Shown: positions 13,985-26,561 of the stretch, one piece after another | Layout of the letters: the number at the start of each line of letters is the position of its first letter | How positions within the stretch are numbered: position 1 is the stretch's first letter | Source of the DNA: Lytechinus pictus | Taxonomy: Eukaryota | Length of the DNA stretch: 64,000 bases | Assembly: GCF_037042905.1 (NCBI RefSeq) | Contig: NC_087251.1 | Location: forward strand, 28,088,001-28,152,000 | Reading direction: 5' to 3' | Position numbers and translations under genes: made by a program | Notes under the pieces: model-generated | What the model was told of the DNA's origin: nothing | Seen by the model: only the letters and a program-made list of their open reading frames with translations | The model's database searches: none

Positions 13985-14220
13985 ATAATGATGATGATGA
14001 ATATTAAAAAGTCTTCACTATAAATACATGTGTATCTTTTTTTTTTCAAATCCAAATTTGATTAATCAGGAAATGATTTGATACTTGGAAATGCTGACAT
14101 TTTATGTCAGTAGTGATGATGATGAATGTCTTTAAAAATCTCTGTATAATTATATTGTTTTTTTTTCATCCACATTTTATTAATTAGGAAATGATTTGAT
14201 ACTTGGAAATGCTGACATTG
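13985..14220. repeat. Tandem duplication, ~118-bp period
   Basis: aggaaatgatttgatacttggaaatgctgacatt occurs at 14068 and 14186. Confidence 0.75.
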
Positions 14221-14444
14221 CACATTCCTTGTCAAATTTACCTCATCGGCTTCTTGCACTGTTACAATTTATTTTTTTTTATTAATAACTGGCATGTGTC
14301 TTAATTGCCTTTGACATTTAGTTGATTTATATTCATTAATAAATACCTGGAGTGCTAGGCATACAAGTATTCTCTTTGACTTTTATTTCCAGTGACGATT
14401 TATTCATTTTGATACAGCATCTTTGATTTGTTTATTCTCTGCAG

Positions 14445-14512
14445 GTTCCTGAACTCTTCATCGTATTTGGCTGATGATGAAGATACACACGGAGTAGAAT
14501 GGATACTGACAG
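14445..14512 (+). other. Candidate 68-nt 5'-UTR exon
   Basis: Acceptor tttattctctgcag| and donor ACAG|gtaaga. Confidence 0.6.
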
Positions 14513-14897
14513 GTAAGAGGTTGCCATGCAAGTCGGCCGTCGTTTGAGTCGGAGGAGTGCAAAGGGGATTAATACTTCTCTCTCATTCTGTCACAAGAAT
14601 ACTCTTGAGATCTCACCCCTGTGGTCGTCAGTTGGTCGAAGCAAAAAGCATGTCATAGTTTGCCACCACCGTCTTGGCTTAGAGCTGGGTACAAGCATGT
14701 GTCTGCACTTCCTTTGATCATTTGTGACTCAGTCTGAAGAAGGATCTTGGATGTTTGATGTCACTCACAAGGCTAACTTTTTTTTTGCAGTGGCAAGCAG
14801 CTGCTATTCTAGTGTTTGATTGCGCTCCTAATGCTCTAGCTACCTGCCAATGAATTTGTGTTGAGCAGTTTCTAATTAAATCAATTTAATTGTCAAC

Positions 14898-15657
14898 ATG
14901 GTTGCGCTGGAAACGTCACATCCCTTTGTTTTCATACTCATGTGGAAACTATTAACTTATTTTGTGGACACCGGACAGGGTTTAGAAGTGGTCGAGCGGG
15001 ATTATGAAATACCAATTAGTGCGGATACATTCTTGCATGGACCTCTTGTTGATTGGGGTATGAATGATTACCTGGAAATTGGCCAGAGAGCTGATGGGAT
15101 CGAAAGTCGCTCATTGTTAACATTTGATATCGGCCAGTTCATGTTGGAAAGCCAGTGGGGCCAGGAAGATAGATATCCAAATATAAACCGAAGCACAATC
15201 CTCAGAACTTCCCTCAGTCTTAGCTGCATCAACATCGAAAATGCCGGAAGTACCGATCCTTTCGAACGAAACTTTCAAGACACCCTCCATGTTGGCCGTA
15301 TCTTGGTTCCATGGGAGGAGGATGTAGCAACTTCCATTGTGCGTGCAAATGGTGGTCAGTTTTGGGAAGTGGAAAATGTAGGAATGGATGGAACCGATGC
15401 AACAGCTTCGGTTGCAAGTGCCTCTGTGGATATCACCTATGCAGCCTGCCAGGAAGGCGCGTCTGTTTCATTTGATATTACAGATACGCTCTTGTCATGG
15501 ATCAATGGGTCAAGTCCTAACTACGGTCTTGTGATTTGGGCCGAGGATGCCATACTTACAAGAAAGTGGATTAAGTTTGTATCTAGTGGTAGCCACGATG
15601 TCGTCAATCATCCAGTACTTGCAGTTACCATTCAAGATACACTAGTCACAACACCAG
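14898..15657 (+). CDS. First coding exon of a secreted or membrane protein: probable signal peptide plus DNRLRE (CBM96/disaggregatase-related)-like domain; the gene continues after a phase-1 intron
   Basis: Strong acceptor ctaactttttttttgcag| at 14790; start context aacATGG; N-terminal hydrophobic stretch ending G-Q-G; motifs ADTFL, DWG..DYLEIG, RSLLTFDI, WEE..AT, SFDITD.L.SW.NG..PNYGLVI, F.SS......P.L.VT; donor CCAG|GTGAGT after 15657. Confidence 0.85.
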
Positions 15658-18429
15658 GTGAGTACTCATTTCATAACAATATATTTGTAAACTTCCATAA
15701 GATAAATGTTCGTCCAAGTTGAAGCATTTTTTTAGACCAAATTATGCGAAACAAGTTATTTTTTCCTATAAAGTTGAACAGGTTTTTATGGTCTCAAAGA
15801 TTTGACTTAGCTAAATTACCTGTATATTACAGATATATTTGGATGTACTTGTAACAGCTTTTCAGTGCACCAAGACTGAGTACAATAGATTCTCGTTTCT
15901 TTCAGAGAGGATTTCTTATATGCATTGTATTGAAATTCCATAATTTGTATTGTTGATGGAATTGTAAAACAATCGTTTAACTTTGGAGGCATACAAATGT
16001 TACTGCAGAACATGCTTGCAGTTATCAAGGGTGTATTTATCACTGAGAATTTTCAACTACAACTTTAATCAGATTCATTCATGGTCAGTGTGCACCATAT
16101 CCATTTAATATGGCTATAAGAATATTGGCCCTAATCACGGCCAAAAAAGGACAAAAATGTGACTTAGCTGTTACATATAGCTCAACATACAATCCAATGA
16201 AAGTTGAATGAATGAAGAATGAATGAATGACCAAATGAATGACCAAACATATATATCATATACATTTATCACTGTAAAGTACATTAACATAAGTTTATAT
16301 AATAACATAGATGGTCTTTAGGACCCCGAGAGAAGCTAGGCTTGTGATAGGGGCCCTGTCCAAATAAAGATTCTGGGCGCAGTCATAGCTGAAGAAACAA
16401 GCACGAAATCTGGAACTTGGTGGCATAATGGGCAACTTACATAATGGACAACTTACTAATAATACAAGAAAAGAAAGTTCAATATAATTCATATACATTC
16501 TTACATGTGTGCAATTACAAAATATGATCCATTGCAATATTTCACCACATTGCACCTCATTTTGCTGTTACTGCCTTACCACTATATAACCAATTTGTCA
16601 ATGATTTCATTCAAATGGCCTACACCAAATCAGATATGATCTGATGCGATCCATCCTATCACCTGTATGTACATGTAGCAAACCTTGTCATAATTATTCT
16701 GAATTTATAGAAAAATCATTTGAATTTCAATCATCCCCAGTGCTTCTTATAATTTATGATTTTCCTATTTTCCTAATACTGCACACCCTTGTGAAAAATA
16801 ACTTGTTTTGTCTGTTCGGATGGTTGGAGGTACATATCTCCAATATAGTATATTTTATTGATCTTTTATCCTTGATATGTAGGCTAATAACCATTTGGTC
16901 TGCTTTTTCAATATGACCTAGTCTTTAATGGATCTTTCATCCATTGAAGTTTCAATTTGTCTATAACTTTCCAGTAGTTCTACGTACAGTTTCTATATTT
17001 GTTTAAGGCCCATTGAATTGTTTGCAATGCTCCAGATAGTTATTATTCAATCATATAAAACATGAAAATCAGAAGAATTACACTTATTGTGACAGATATA
17101 GACTTAAGTAATATGACACTGTATGCAGATGAACCATCACGAGTGGGAGATCTCATATTTTATCATGCATATGAATATATACATGTGTATCTATTAGGAT
17201 GGATAAATTCAGCAATTATCATGTTACATTTTTTGCACTTTCGAAAGCAAGTCAGGGTCGGTGAGAAGCAGGGGGTTCAGAGATAGCTGTCAACTAGTTT
17301 GTATTTCCTGAGGAGATAAGTGATTCAGATTTGATCTTTTAATTAGCACTCTTGTTGGGATCTCACTGCTCTAATGAGAGTCTGAAGTGCCAAGTACACA
17401 GTGGAGTAATCACAACCAACAGATAAATGTCAAACTTAAAGTGGCTTCGGTCGTCCTTGTCAGGTCAAGTCCTGACCCTTATTTCTCCCAGGTTTTATGA
17501 ATGGTCCCCCTACTATCCTATGTTTGTTTGCCACTCAACTGCTTCTCTTCTGAAGTGTGCACTAATTGACTTTTGAGGATTATGAAGGTTTTAAGAACAA
17601 ATCTATCTTGTTAGCATTCTGTCATGTCTCGTACTTTTGTTACTACTAACGATAGCATATAAACTTTTTACAAAATTTTGCTTTATGCATCATTTTTTAA
17701 TTTCAATTTTGTCTAAGTTTAATTATTCATCCTTTAATTTTGAAACACCTTTTGTGCTTTGATAAGGAGAAAATGTGACAGTCAGAAACATAACTGCATA
17801 ATGCTTATGAAATACCAATACCTGCACTTTAACAAGCATTGATAAAACATTTTATATCAGCTGTGAAGAGTTTTGTGTCAGTGGCTTGTTGGAGATGTAT
17901 GTAGATTGAGGTGTAACTCAAAAAGTCAAATGCAGTATGATCTTCAACATCTCAAAATCATGCATTTTTTAAACCAAAATTTAATTTTTGAGTTATGTTC
18001 ATATATATGCAATGTTTTCTACTGTGACCACACACCACTTCAAGCTAGTGCAGAATCCTAGTAGTTCAAATAACAATGCTCAAAGCTCTTATACTGAAAT
18101 TCAGTTTCACCGCAGTCCTTGTCAAGTGATTCATATTTGCCATCTTGGTAATCACATTTGAAAGAGATGATCAAAGAGTAATCCTTATGAGCTGTGTAGG
18201 ATTTTCTATGAACATGTACATCATTTGATAAAGTGAGGTATCACATGAAATGATGAAAATTCGAATTTGTTCAGTTGTACATCTGGATTTGGGAACATCT
18301 GGAAGGGAAAAGGCAATTAAGATTAATGTATCTGTTGAGTGGGTGTTAAAGTTGAATTAAGAAGGGGGTGAGTTTCCATAAATATAGGTTCTACATACAA
18401 TATATAGTATATATAAGTTGTTCAAACAC

Positions 18430-19760
18430 ATAGCATGTCACAATAATCCTCTGCCTTCTCGATATTTTGCTTTGAAAGTCTATGAAATTAGCCACCTGTC
18501 AGAGCCCGAGAGACGAGTGTACAGAAAAGTCACTCGGAGTGTGACGTCACCGGGGGGAATTTAGTATAAGAGGTGCCTGAATGTCATACAGAAATGCTAT
18601 GCAGAGAGAGAAAGATATTTTACAAATTTTTTTCAAAGCAACTCAAATCAAACAAATAGGACTGATATGTACAAATCTTTACTTTCCCTGTATAAAAAAC
18701 AGTATGAATAACCACCATGAACTCTTCAATCATGATGTAAGATAGCAAACAGTGAGTTATTGAATGATATTTTCACTATTTCTCATTTATTTTATCACGA
18801 TGTTCAATCAAGTGAGTAGCTGGAAAGTAATTCCGGAGGCTAGCTCAGCGCGCGCTGAACGCATAATACTTGTACACACAACACCCAGGCATTGAGTGTA
18901 CTGTTATGGTCTGGTATGTCGACTTAGTTCATGGCCGTGCAGCGATCCCCTGGCGTTTTTTCTTCTTTTCTTTTGTCTTTGACTCCACTTTTATATCCTC
19001 TGGATCATTTCCACTCATAGCTCATTCCACAGAACAATCTTGAACCAAAGGCGTAAAGTATTCTTTCTCGGCCTTCTGAGTTGTTTTCTATATTTAATTA
19101 CGCTAGGGGTCACCGTCACACATACAAACGCAATTCGGAAGTGAGTTGAAGACAGAAAGATATATAGTAATTAGTATACATCTCTATGGTTGAAGACAAC
19201 AAGAACGGTACGGTAGCTCGACAGCTAGCTGCGCCGGAGCGGGCGGCCGGTCGGCACAAAGCAATTCCGCAACTAACTGTGTTTTTTTGCAAGAGCCGCG
19301 TCACACGCGGATAAATATGTCATAATAACACGTCTGCTACGTTATCGACTGGTGAGAAGATCTCGATCAAATTTCATATTATTCACCTTGAAATTATCCC
19401 TTTAGGGTCTATGGTATCATTCTGAGGGAATTCACATATTTGGAATAATAGTACGGCCACAAATATTTTAATCATTTCCTCTTTGCAAGTTCTATGGCTC
19501 GCAGATACAACTTCAACTGCAGTTATTCCATATGAAGGAGTACGTGCATAGTACACAAAACGGCACTGCCTTGTTTACAACACCGGGACCGAATACCCCC
19601 CGGTGACGTCACACTCAAAGAACACCCGTCTCGGTAGGCATTGCAGGAGCGAACTCAGGGAAAATGGGTAGGGATAAATCGTTCAAATTCACTATTTTGA
19701 AAAAAGAAAATGGGGGGTCGAATCACCTATTAGTGTTTGGGGGGTTGTAAGGTTGCTATT
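18430..19760. mobile_element. Probable non-autonomous DNA element; ends uncertain
   Basis: Perfect 21-bp inverted repeat GAGTGTGACGTCACCGGGGGG at 18537-18557 and 19596-19616; interior is CpG-rich relative to the flanks. Confidence 0.5.
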
Positions 19761-19859
19761 AATGTAAATATCTCAATATTTGGAATCGTCTTCTTAATTC
19801 AACTTTAAGTTGGACACTGACTAGTTTTGTCCATGCTGTCAACAATTTTGTTATAATGA

Positions 19860-20820
19860 TTTTAAAAATGATATCAATGAATTCTACATTGAAGCATGAA
19901 TTGCCACTAAATATAAATAATGCAAAACTAAAAAAAATATATAAATAGTGAAGTAGATATTTTATCATGTAACAAATAATAATTGTTATTTATGATATAA
20001 TGGAAAACTTGAATATTATTTATAAATAATCTCCAACTGTGGACAATTATTTATGAATAAAGAAATGTAAAATGTCAGCATTAATAAGTGATTATTATTC
20101 ATAAATAACATAAAGCACAGATAAATAATAATAAAAAATCATTATTGATAAATTATGATTGTTTGTAAACAATGGCGCACTTGAAACAAAATATTTATAA
20201 ATAATGAAGTAGAAATTTTCATTATACAACAAATTATTATTTTTGAATAATGGAAAACTCAGAAATTATTTATGAATAAAGAATTATGAACTGTAATATA
20301 ACTGATGGATATATATTATTTACAAATAATAGAAAACTAGACAAAATGAAAAAAAAAATTATTTAGAAATAATGGATAAGTGAATTGAAATGATTTATAA
20401 ATAAAGAAGTATGCAATGCCATTATTTATAAATAGGGAAACATTATTTACAAATAATGGAAAAGTGAATTGCAATTATTTATGAATAATGAAGTATGTTG
20501 TGTCATTATTCATAAATGATGAAAATAAAGAAAGATCATCATTGATAAATAAAGGAATATAATAATAATAATAATAATAAACAGTTCTTGTATAGCGCAT
20601 ATCACAATTATGAATAATGTCTCTATGCGCTTCCAAAGGACTTGGATATTATTACCCCAGTGAATATTGAACTACTATTATTTAAAAACAATGAAGTATT
20701 AATTGAAATATATACAAATACCGGGTAGTGAAAATTCTTATATTATATAATCATAATTATCTATGTAAATTATATGTTAATTATTATTAGATATATAATG
20801 ATTATATAACAAATAATTGG
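19860..20820. repeat. AT-rich degenerate tandem repeat (attatttataaataat core)
   Basis: Many recurrences of the quasi-palindromic core. Confidence 0.7.
20560..20660 (-). mobile_element. 5'-truncated SINE 3' end
   Basis: Reverse complement reads ctggggtaataatat...gcgctatacaagaactgtt(tta)n, similar to the tail of the SINE at 52759-53038. Confidence 0.6.
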
Positions 20821-21701
20821 TCTATATAATTTTGGTACAAATGGCGCCTCATATAATCCTGGATCTGCTGCTGCTGTGTATACAGCTACATGTATTTTGT
20901 ACATATGCATAAAGAATGATAGAATATTTATTGATCTGAACATTGATTTCCATGATCAATGATATGCCACAGAATTTATGATTTTGATTTGGATTACAGA
21001 AATGGGGAAAAAATACAGTATGAGAAATCAATTATTTTCACAATTTAGTGATCAATCTGCAAATTGTGTAAAAAGTAATTTATTTCCAATAATCCTCCAA
21101 TCATATGTATACACATAAATAAAAACACAATTTACATTATTATATTTAATTCAATCAATCTTTATGACTTTATTTTGGGGTGCAGAGCAAATGATGTGGA
21201 AGCTTGTATGTAATATTCCAGAGCAGATTTGATGATGTGAGCTTGATTAATTATGAATTTCTTTATTTTTTTTTTGTTTAATCTTTTATCCACCTATGCA
21301 TTCATCTATTAAATCAATTGTATGTTAGGATTATAAGATTTGACATAAGACATTTGCAGATTTTGTAAATATTAGTGTTAAATTATCAATTTATAACCTT
21401 TTACTGCATTGAAAAGTAGAATAGTGGCTGATTAAAGTGGGTGCAAAGCCATTAGGAACCCACCCCACACTCTTTAATTAAGCCTGATTGATGGGTGATA
21501 TACAAGAAGAATTATTGCTCACCTGCACTTCTCTTCTGTTGTCCCATTTTAATTTTGCTTATGTATAACTGCCACTTCTAAAAATCTTTTTACCTTTTCA
21601 TACTTGATCTACTTTCTGCTAATTTTTAGAATCACATCTGACTAATTGTGTATTTAAAGTTTTACTTTTTCTTCAATTTGATTAAACTGAAAAAAACCCT
21701 A

Positions 21702-22677
21702 TTTTTGTCTCACCTGCATAGCAGAGTGAGACTATAGGCGCCGCTTTTCCGACGGCGACGGCGACGGTGGCGGCGACGGCGGCGGCGGCGTCAACACCAA
21801 ATCTTAACCTGAGGTTAAGTTTTTGAAATGACAGCATAACTTAGAAAGTATATGGACCTAGTTCATGAAACTTGGCCATAAGGTTAATCAAGTATTACTG
21901 AACATCCTGCCTGAGTTTCATGTCACATGACCAAGGTCAAAGGTCATTTAGGGTCAATGAACTTAGACCATGTTGGGGGAATCAACATCAAAATCTTAAC
22001 CTAAGGTTAAGTTTTTGAAATGTCATCATAACTTAGAAAATATATGGACCTAGTTCATGAAACTTATACATAAGGTTAATCAAGTGTCACTGAACATCCT
22101 GCTTGAGTTTCACATCACATGACCAAGGTCAAAGGTCATTTAGGGTCAATGAACTTTGGCCGAATTGGGGGTATCTGTTGAATTACCATCATAACTTTGA
22201 TAGTTTATGGATCTGATTCATGAAACTTGGACATAATAATAATCAAGTATTACTGAACATCCTGTGCAAGTTTCAGGTCACATGATCAAGGTCAAAGGTC
22301 ATTTAGGGTCAATGAACTTTGGCCAAATTGGGGTATTTGTTGAATTACAGCCATAAATTTGAAAGTGTGTTGGTCTAGTTCATAAAACTTGGACATAATA
22401 GTAATCAAGTATCACTGAACATCCTGTGCGAGTTTCAGGTCACATGATCAAGGTCAAAGGTCATGTAAGGTCAAAGATCTTTGGCCACGTTGGGGGTATT
22501 TGTTGAATTGCCATCATATCTCTATAAGTGTATTGGTCTAGTTCATAAAACGTGGAAATAAGAGTAACCAAGTATCACTGAACATCTTGTGCGAGTTATA
22601 GTAGTTTTCAAAATCAGCACTGCTGCTATATTGAATCGCGTGATGCAGGTGAGACGGCCAGAGGCATTCCACTTGTT
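21702..22677 (+). mobile_element. Helentron-associated non-autonomous element (HINE/DINE-1/Tsp-like) with internal tandem repeats
   Basis: T-run start; 13-bp subterminal IR GTCTCACCTGCAT (21707-21719) / ATGCAGGTGAGAC (22643-22655); partial IR gtgagac next to the 5' copy; (GGC/GAC)n microsatellite; 4-5 tandem units with periods 192, 163 and 162 bp; short 3' tail ending cttgtt. Confidence 0.8.
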
Positions 22678-23448
22678 ATTTTAAAGATATAAATTGAAAG
22701 TTGAAGCAAATGTGGGCATTGCAATAGCTTGCAATAAAATAAGGGTTTATTATCAGATGCAAGCATACAGATTTCACCATTATGGACACTTACAAGAGCT
22801 CTTGAGATTTAATTTCCATCTAGTCCTAAACTTTGGTTAATATTCTACCAGCTACTCAAACTTCCAAACCCACGCATCAATGAAAGTGTTAGTGCAAGGC
22901 GACACATCTGAGTGTTTACTTGAAATCCTCTCAGAATTCTTTTGATGCAGGGGAAATTCTTTAATCATCTGTCCGTCAACCGTCATAAAATCAAAGTTAT
23001 TTTCATCTTATTTCATTGCCCTTTTGTTCATTTTAATTCCAATTTGTGCTTGGCTGTTTGCTTTATGATAGAGTACTTCTGTTGAAATTAGTAATAATTT
23101 GTTTTTAACTTTTTCCAATTATAAGTCAGTTACCTACAGGCACAGTATAATATGCTTGTAATATGAATCCCTCACGATTTACCAGTTGAAATTCATTGGA
23201 ACATTTGATGCATCAAAGGCCTATAAGAATCATGATTTAGCAAGGAAAGGGAACATACTTTGGATGGACAATCTGAAGAAATTGTTTGAAGAGAGAGGAG
23301 TAGTAAAATCTACGGTCAGAGAGAGCGCGAGGAACCATTTATAGGCCTACTCCTACAGCTGAAAGAGAGAGGGAGAGAGAAAGAAAGAGGAAAACACAGA
23401 GACCCAGAAATTGAGTTTTCACGTGGTGCTCTTTCTTATTTAGTTATA

Positions 23449-24273
23449 CAGTGCGTCCCAGAAAAAACGAAACCGAGATTAAGCAATGATTTATCATAAC
23501 TTAATCACAAATACAATAGATAAATGACCTACCAATGTAAAGCTTGGAATCTCTTCTTTCATTTGATATTACTTAGATTATTCCCCATTCATGCATGAGT
23601 GAGCAAAAACAATTTGAAGAAAGGATACCAAAAACTCATTTGGCGGGGGGTATCTGAATTTAAAAAAGAAAATCACATGCCTAAAAAGTTCAATATCTGC
23701 TCTTTTATTTGATATCTTAATCACAAAAAATGGTCAAGAAGTAAAAAAGTTATATTCCCTCGAAACAATGCTTGTATTTCCATAATTTCATTAAATAAAC
23801 GTGTTTTCACCGGTCTCCCACAGAAGCTATCGCATGGTTAACAAAAGACTTAATGCATGGCTGATCGTCAACAAAACGGAGTGTCAAGTGAGTTTGAACG
23901 CTAGCCTGTAGAACCCCTTAATTTTATGAAATTATTGAAATTTAAGCCTTATTTCAAATAACCAGAACTTTGTTATTTCTTGACAATTTTCTGTAATTGA
24001 GGTATCAAACTGAAGAGCAGATATTGAACTTTTCAAAAATGTGGTTTTCTTTTTGAAACCCAGATACAGCCCGCCAAATGACTTTTCTGTATCCCCTCTT
24101 CAAATTGTTTTTGCTCACTCATGCGTGAATGAAAAATAATCTAAGTAATTTCAGATGAAAGAGGAGATTCTAAGCTTTACAATGGTAGGTCATTTGTCTA
24201 TTGTAATGTATGTGTGATTAAGTTATGATAGATCATCGATAAATCTCGGTTTCGTTTTTTGTGGGACGCACTG
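23449..24273. mobile_element. Tc1/mariner-type MITE (825 bp)
   Basis: TA|CAGTGCGTCCCA...TGGGACGCACTG|TA; long (>200 bp) imperfect TIRs. Confidence 0.9.
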
Positions 24274-25214
24274 TATATGAAGCAATTTTAAATCAAATAG
24301 CTTCTAAAAGAATATGAAATGGCAAACGAGAGGTTGTTATTGACATATTTTGCTCTTTGTATGTCTCTGTAATTGAGTTTTTTTTTTCAAAATAAAACTA
24401 GTTGGAATTTAGAAAATGTGGGAAAGAGATTTACTGTTGGAGTTGTACACTTTGAAATTGTAATACTTTTATTGCTTGTATAGATTTGCAATATTTTCAA
24501 CTCAGAACATGTTTCCTCTATCCAAGATTTGTCCCATGAATGATTTGTAGGTCTTGGGCTGATGTACAGGAGATGCCATAAAACCCACGCATTAAAAATT
24601 GCTTACAAGAGTTTCCATGGCAACCAAAGGAAACAGCAGCTGATGTGTATTTTACGTTTGTGATGTTATGCTTGGGTCAGAGACCTGAGAAAATGAAAGT
24701 TGAACACTGTCAGAATTTTAGGACGATGATAACATTATTGTTTGGGTAATTGGTTTGTTTTTTCACAAGAAGTGACAATAATTACTGTAGTACCCATGTC
24801 TGTACCAATCAATTATTACATCAACAGAATGAAAACAAACTCCAAACAAACAAGCTCAGAATCACCTTAAAACCGTTTCACATTGATCTAATGATGAACT
24901 TTAACATTGATTCACTGCTGAGTTCTCAAAGGTTTGCTGTCTCTCTTAAAGTCTCGTGATTCACAATATTTTGTAGGAAGGAGGATTCAGCCATGAGAGG
25001 ATTTGGATGAATCCTGCATTTCTGTTCATATAGGGACCTGTGGTCTGAATTTTTAGGTGCATATCAAGTAGTTCTTGGATTAAACCTAATCCAGATTTGA
25101 TTTGTTTTTGACGACCTATGTGAAAGTGATACAAACTACTTGGCAAGGGATAGGAAAAAAAGTTTAAAAAACTTTGAATTTGTATTCAACACAAATATTG
25201 AACTTTTGAAAAGC

Positions 25215-25460
25215 ATGGTCTCTGCTTGTGGTTCTGACTCTTGGCTTTCATTGGAAAGGTCATGGGGGTAGAATCCCAGCCTTGGTATTAGTTTTCTTCA
25301 GCAAGGAATTCTTCCATATTGTGCTGCACTCAACCCAGGTGGAGTAACTGGGTAAGGATATTCATTCCTTGAAAGACTTGTGCGCCAGGGTGAACAGGCA
25401 GGCAAATTTTAATGCCAATAAGGCTTTCATGAACATAGCAAGCATTATTATAAGTATGGA
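25215..25460 (+). mobile_element. Degenerate tRNA-derived SINE
   Basis: Shares aatcccagcc.tgg and attgtgctgcactc.acccaggtg with the SINE at 52759; boundaries approximate. Confidence 0.6.
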
Positions 25461-25671
25461 TGAGTCAGCAATGTCTTATTTGAAGATATTTGAAAAAACC
25501 TTGGATTGGGGCCCAGTATTTATTCTTGTACAGGATGCCCTGCCTGTCAGCTTTGGTAATTAGGATTCTCATGGGGGGAAGCTGTTGCTTCAGTTTTAGA
25601 GTTATTCAAAATTTTGTAATGTGTATAACCCAGAATGTTCACAGTTAGAAATATTGTGATAGAGATACATG

Positions 25672-25837
25672 CAGGGGCCGCGGAACGGTTTTCAAAGTGG
25701 GGGGGGGGGGGCTGACCATGCAAAAATCACAATCATATGGTAATTTTTACGTTTTCGTACACGGTTTTGCAAAAAATTGGGGGGGGGGCTGAAGCAACCC
25801 CAGCCCCCCCCCCCTCCCCCCGCTTCCACGGCCCCTG
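25672..25837. mobile_element. Short MITE
   Basis: TIR CAGGGGCCGCGGAA / TTCCACGGCCCCTG; acatg on both flanks. Confidence 0.75.
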
Positions 25838-26136
25838 ACATGTACACTGAGTATGTAATGGAAATGTTAGAGAATAGCTGAGGGGTAAGAGTGAAAATGA
25901 TGGGTAGGAGATATATATGAAAGGAAAGGTAATGGTTTTTTTTCATATATAACTGAGTGAGATAGAGAGAGATTGGGGATGGGGGATTTGACGAGTTGGA
26001 TGACTGATGAGGGTTTTTATTTTTTGTATTTCATGAGAGAGAGAGAGAATGGGGATGTGGATGTGGAGGGGGAGTGGGGACGTGGGGTAGTGTTGGGGGA
26101 ATGGAGAGTAAAAAGGAAGAGTTCAATGTACTCTAA

Positions 26137-26561
26137 GACACCCTTCTCATTATACTTTCTAAAACTAGTTTACTGGAAATCAGTTCAGGAAACCGCAGTT
26201 TGGAAGATCGCTTTGCTAGCGTTCCCATCTGATCAGCCGAAAGCGATTTTCAAAACCACTTCACATAAAGTGGTCTTGTTGCAATTGCAATGGAAACACT
26301 CTAAGTGGGGTGACATGAAATTCAAAACTGCAGCATTGGCATTCTACAAACAGTGTGTGGAGTAGCGCGCTCAAAATGTGCAAAGATCGCTTCCTGAAGA
26401 ACGGTTGTGTCCTCATTTATGCTAAAACCAGTTTTAACGAGACAAAGCGATCTTGGAGGTGGTTTTATGAACTGGTTTGGAAGATTGCTTCCAAGATCGC
26501 TTCGACCGTTCTCATTACACGTTAAACTAGTTTCCACTAGAACTGTAGTGAGAACAGTGTC
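26137..26561. mobile_element. PIF/Harbinger-like MITE
   Basis: TAA|gacacccttctcatta ... tagtgagaacagtgtc|TAA; internal aagatcgctt repeats in both orientations. Confidence 0.7.

Noticed and set aside
14979..15657. Alternative acceptor ggacag|GGT making the DNRLRE domain an internal exon
   Set aside because: Poor polypyrimidine tract; the acceptor at 14790 plus the ATG context and signal-like peptide explain the region better, though this is not excluded
14898..15722. Bacterial contamination as the source of the DNRLRE-like ORF
   Set aside because: It is bounded by spliceosomal signals and embedded in continuous animal repeat-rich DNA with no neighbouring prokaryotic genes
21790..22600. CRISPR-like array (also considered for 530-2160 and 49050-49596)
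   Set aside because: Units are similar along their whole length with no unique spacers; eukaryotic context and no cas genes
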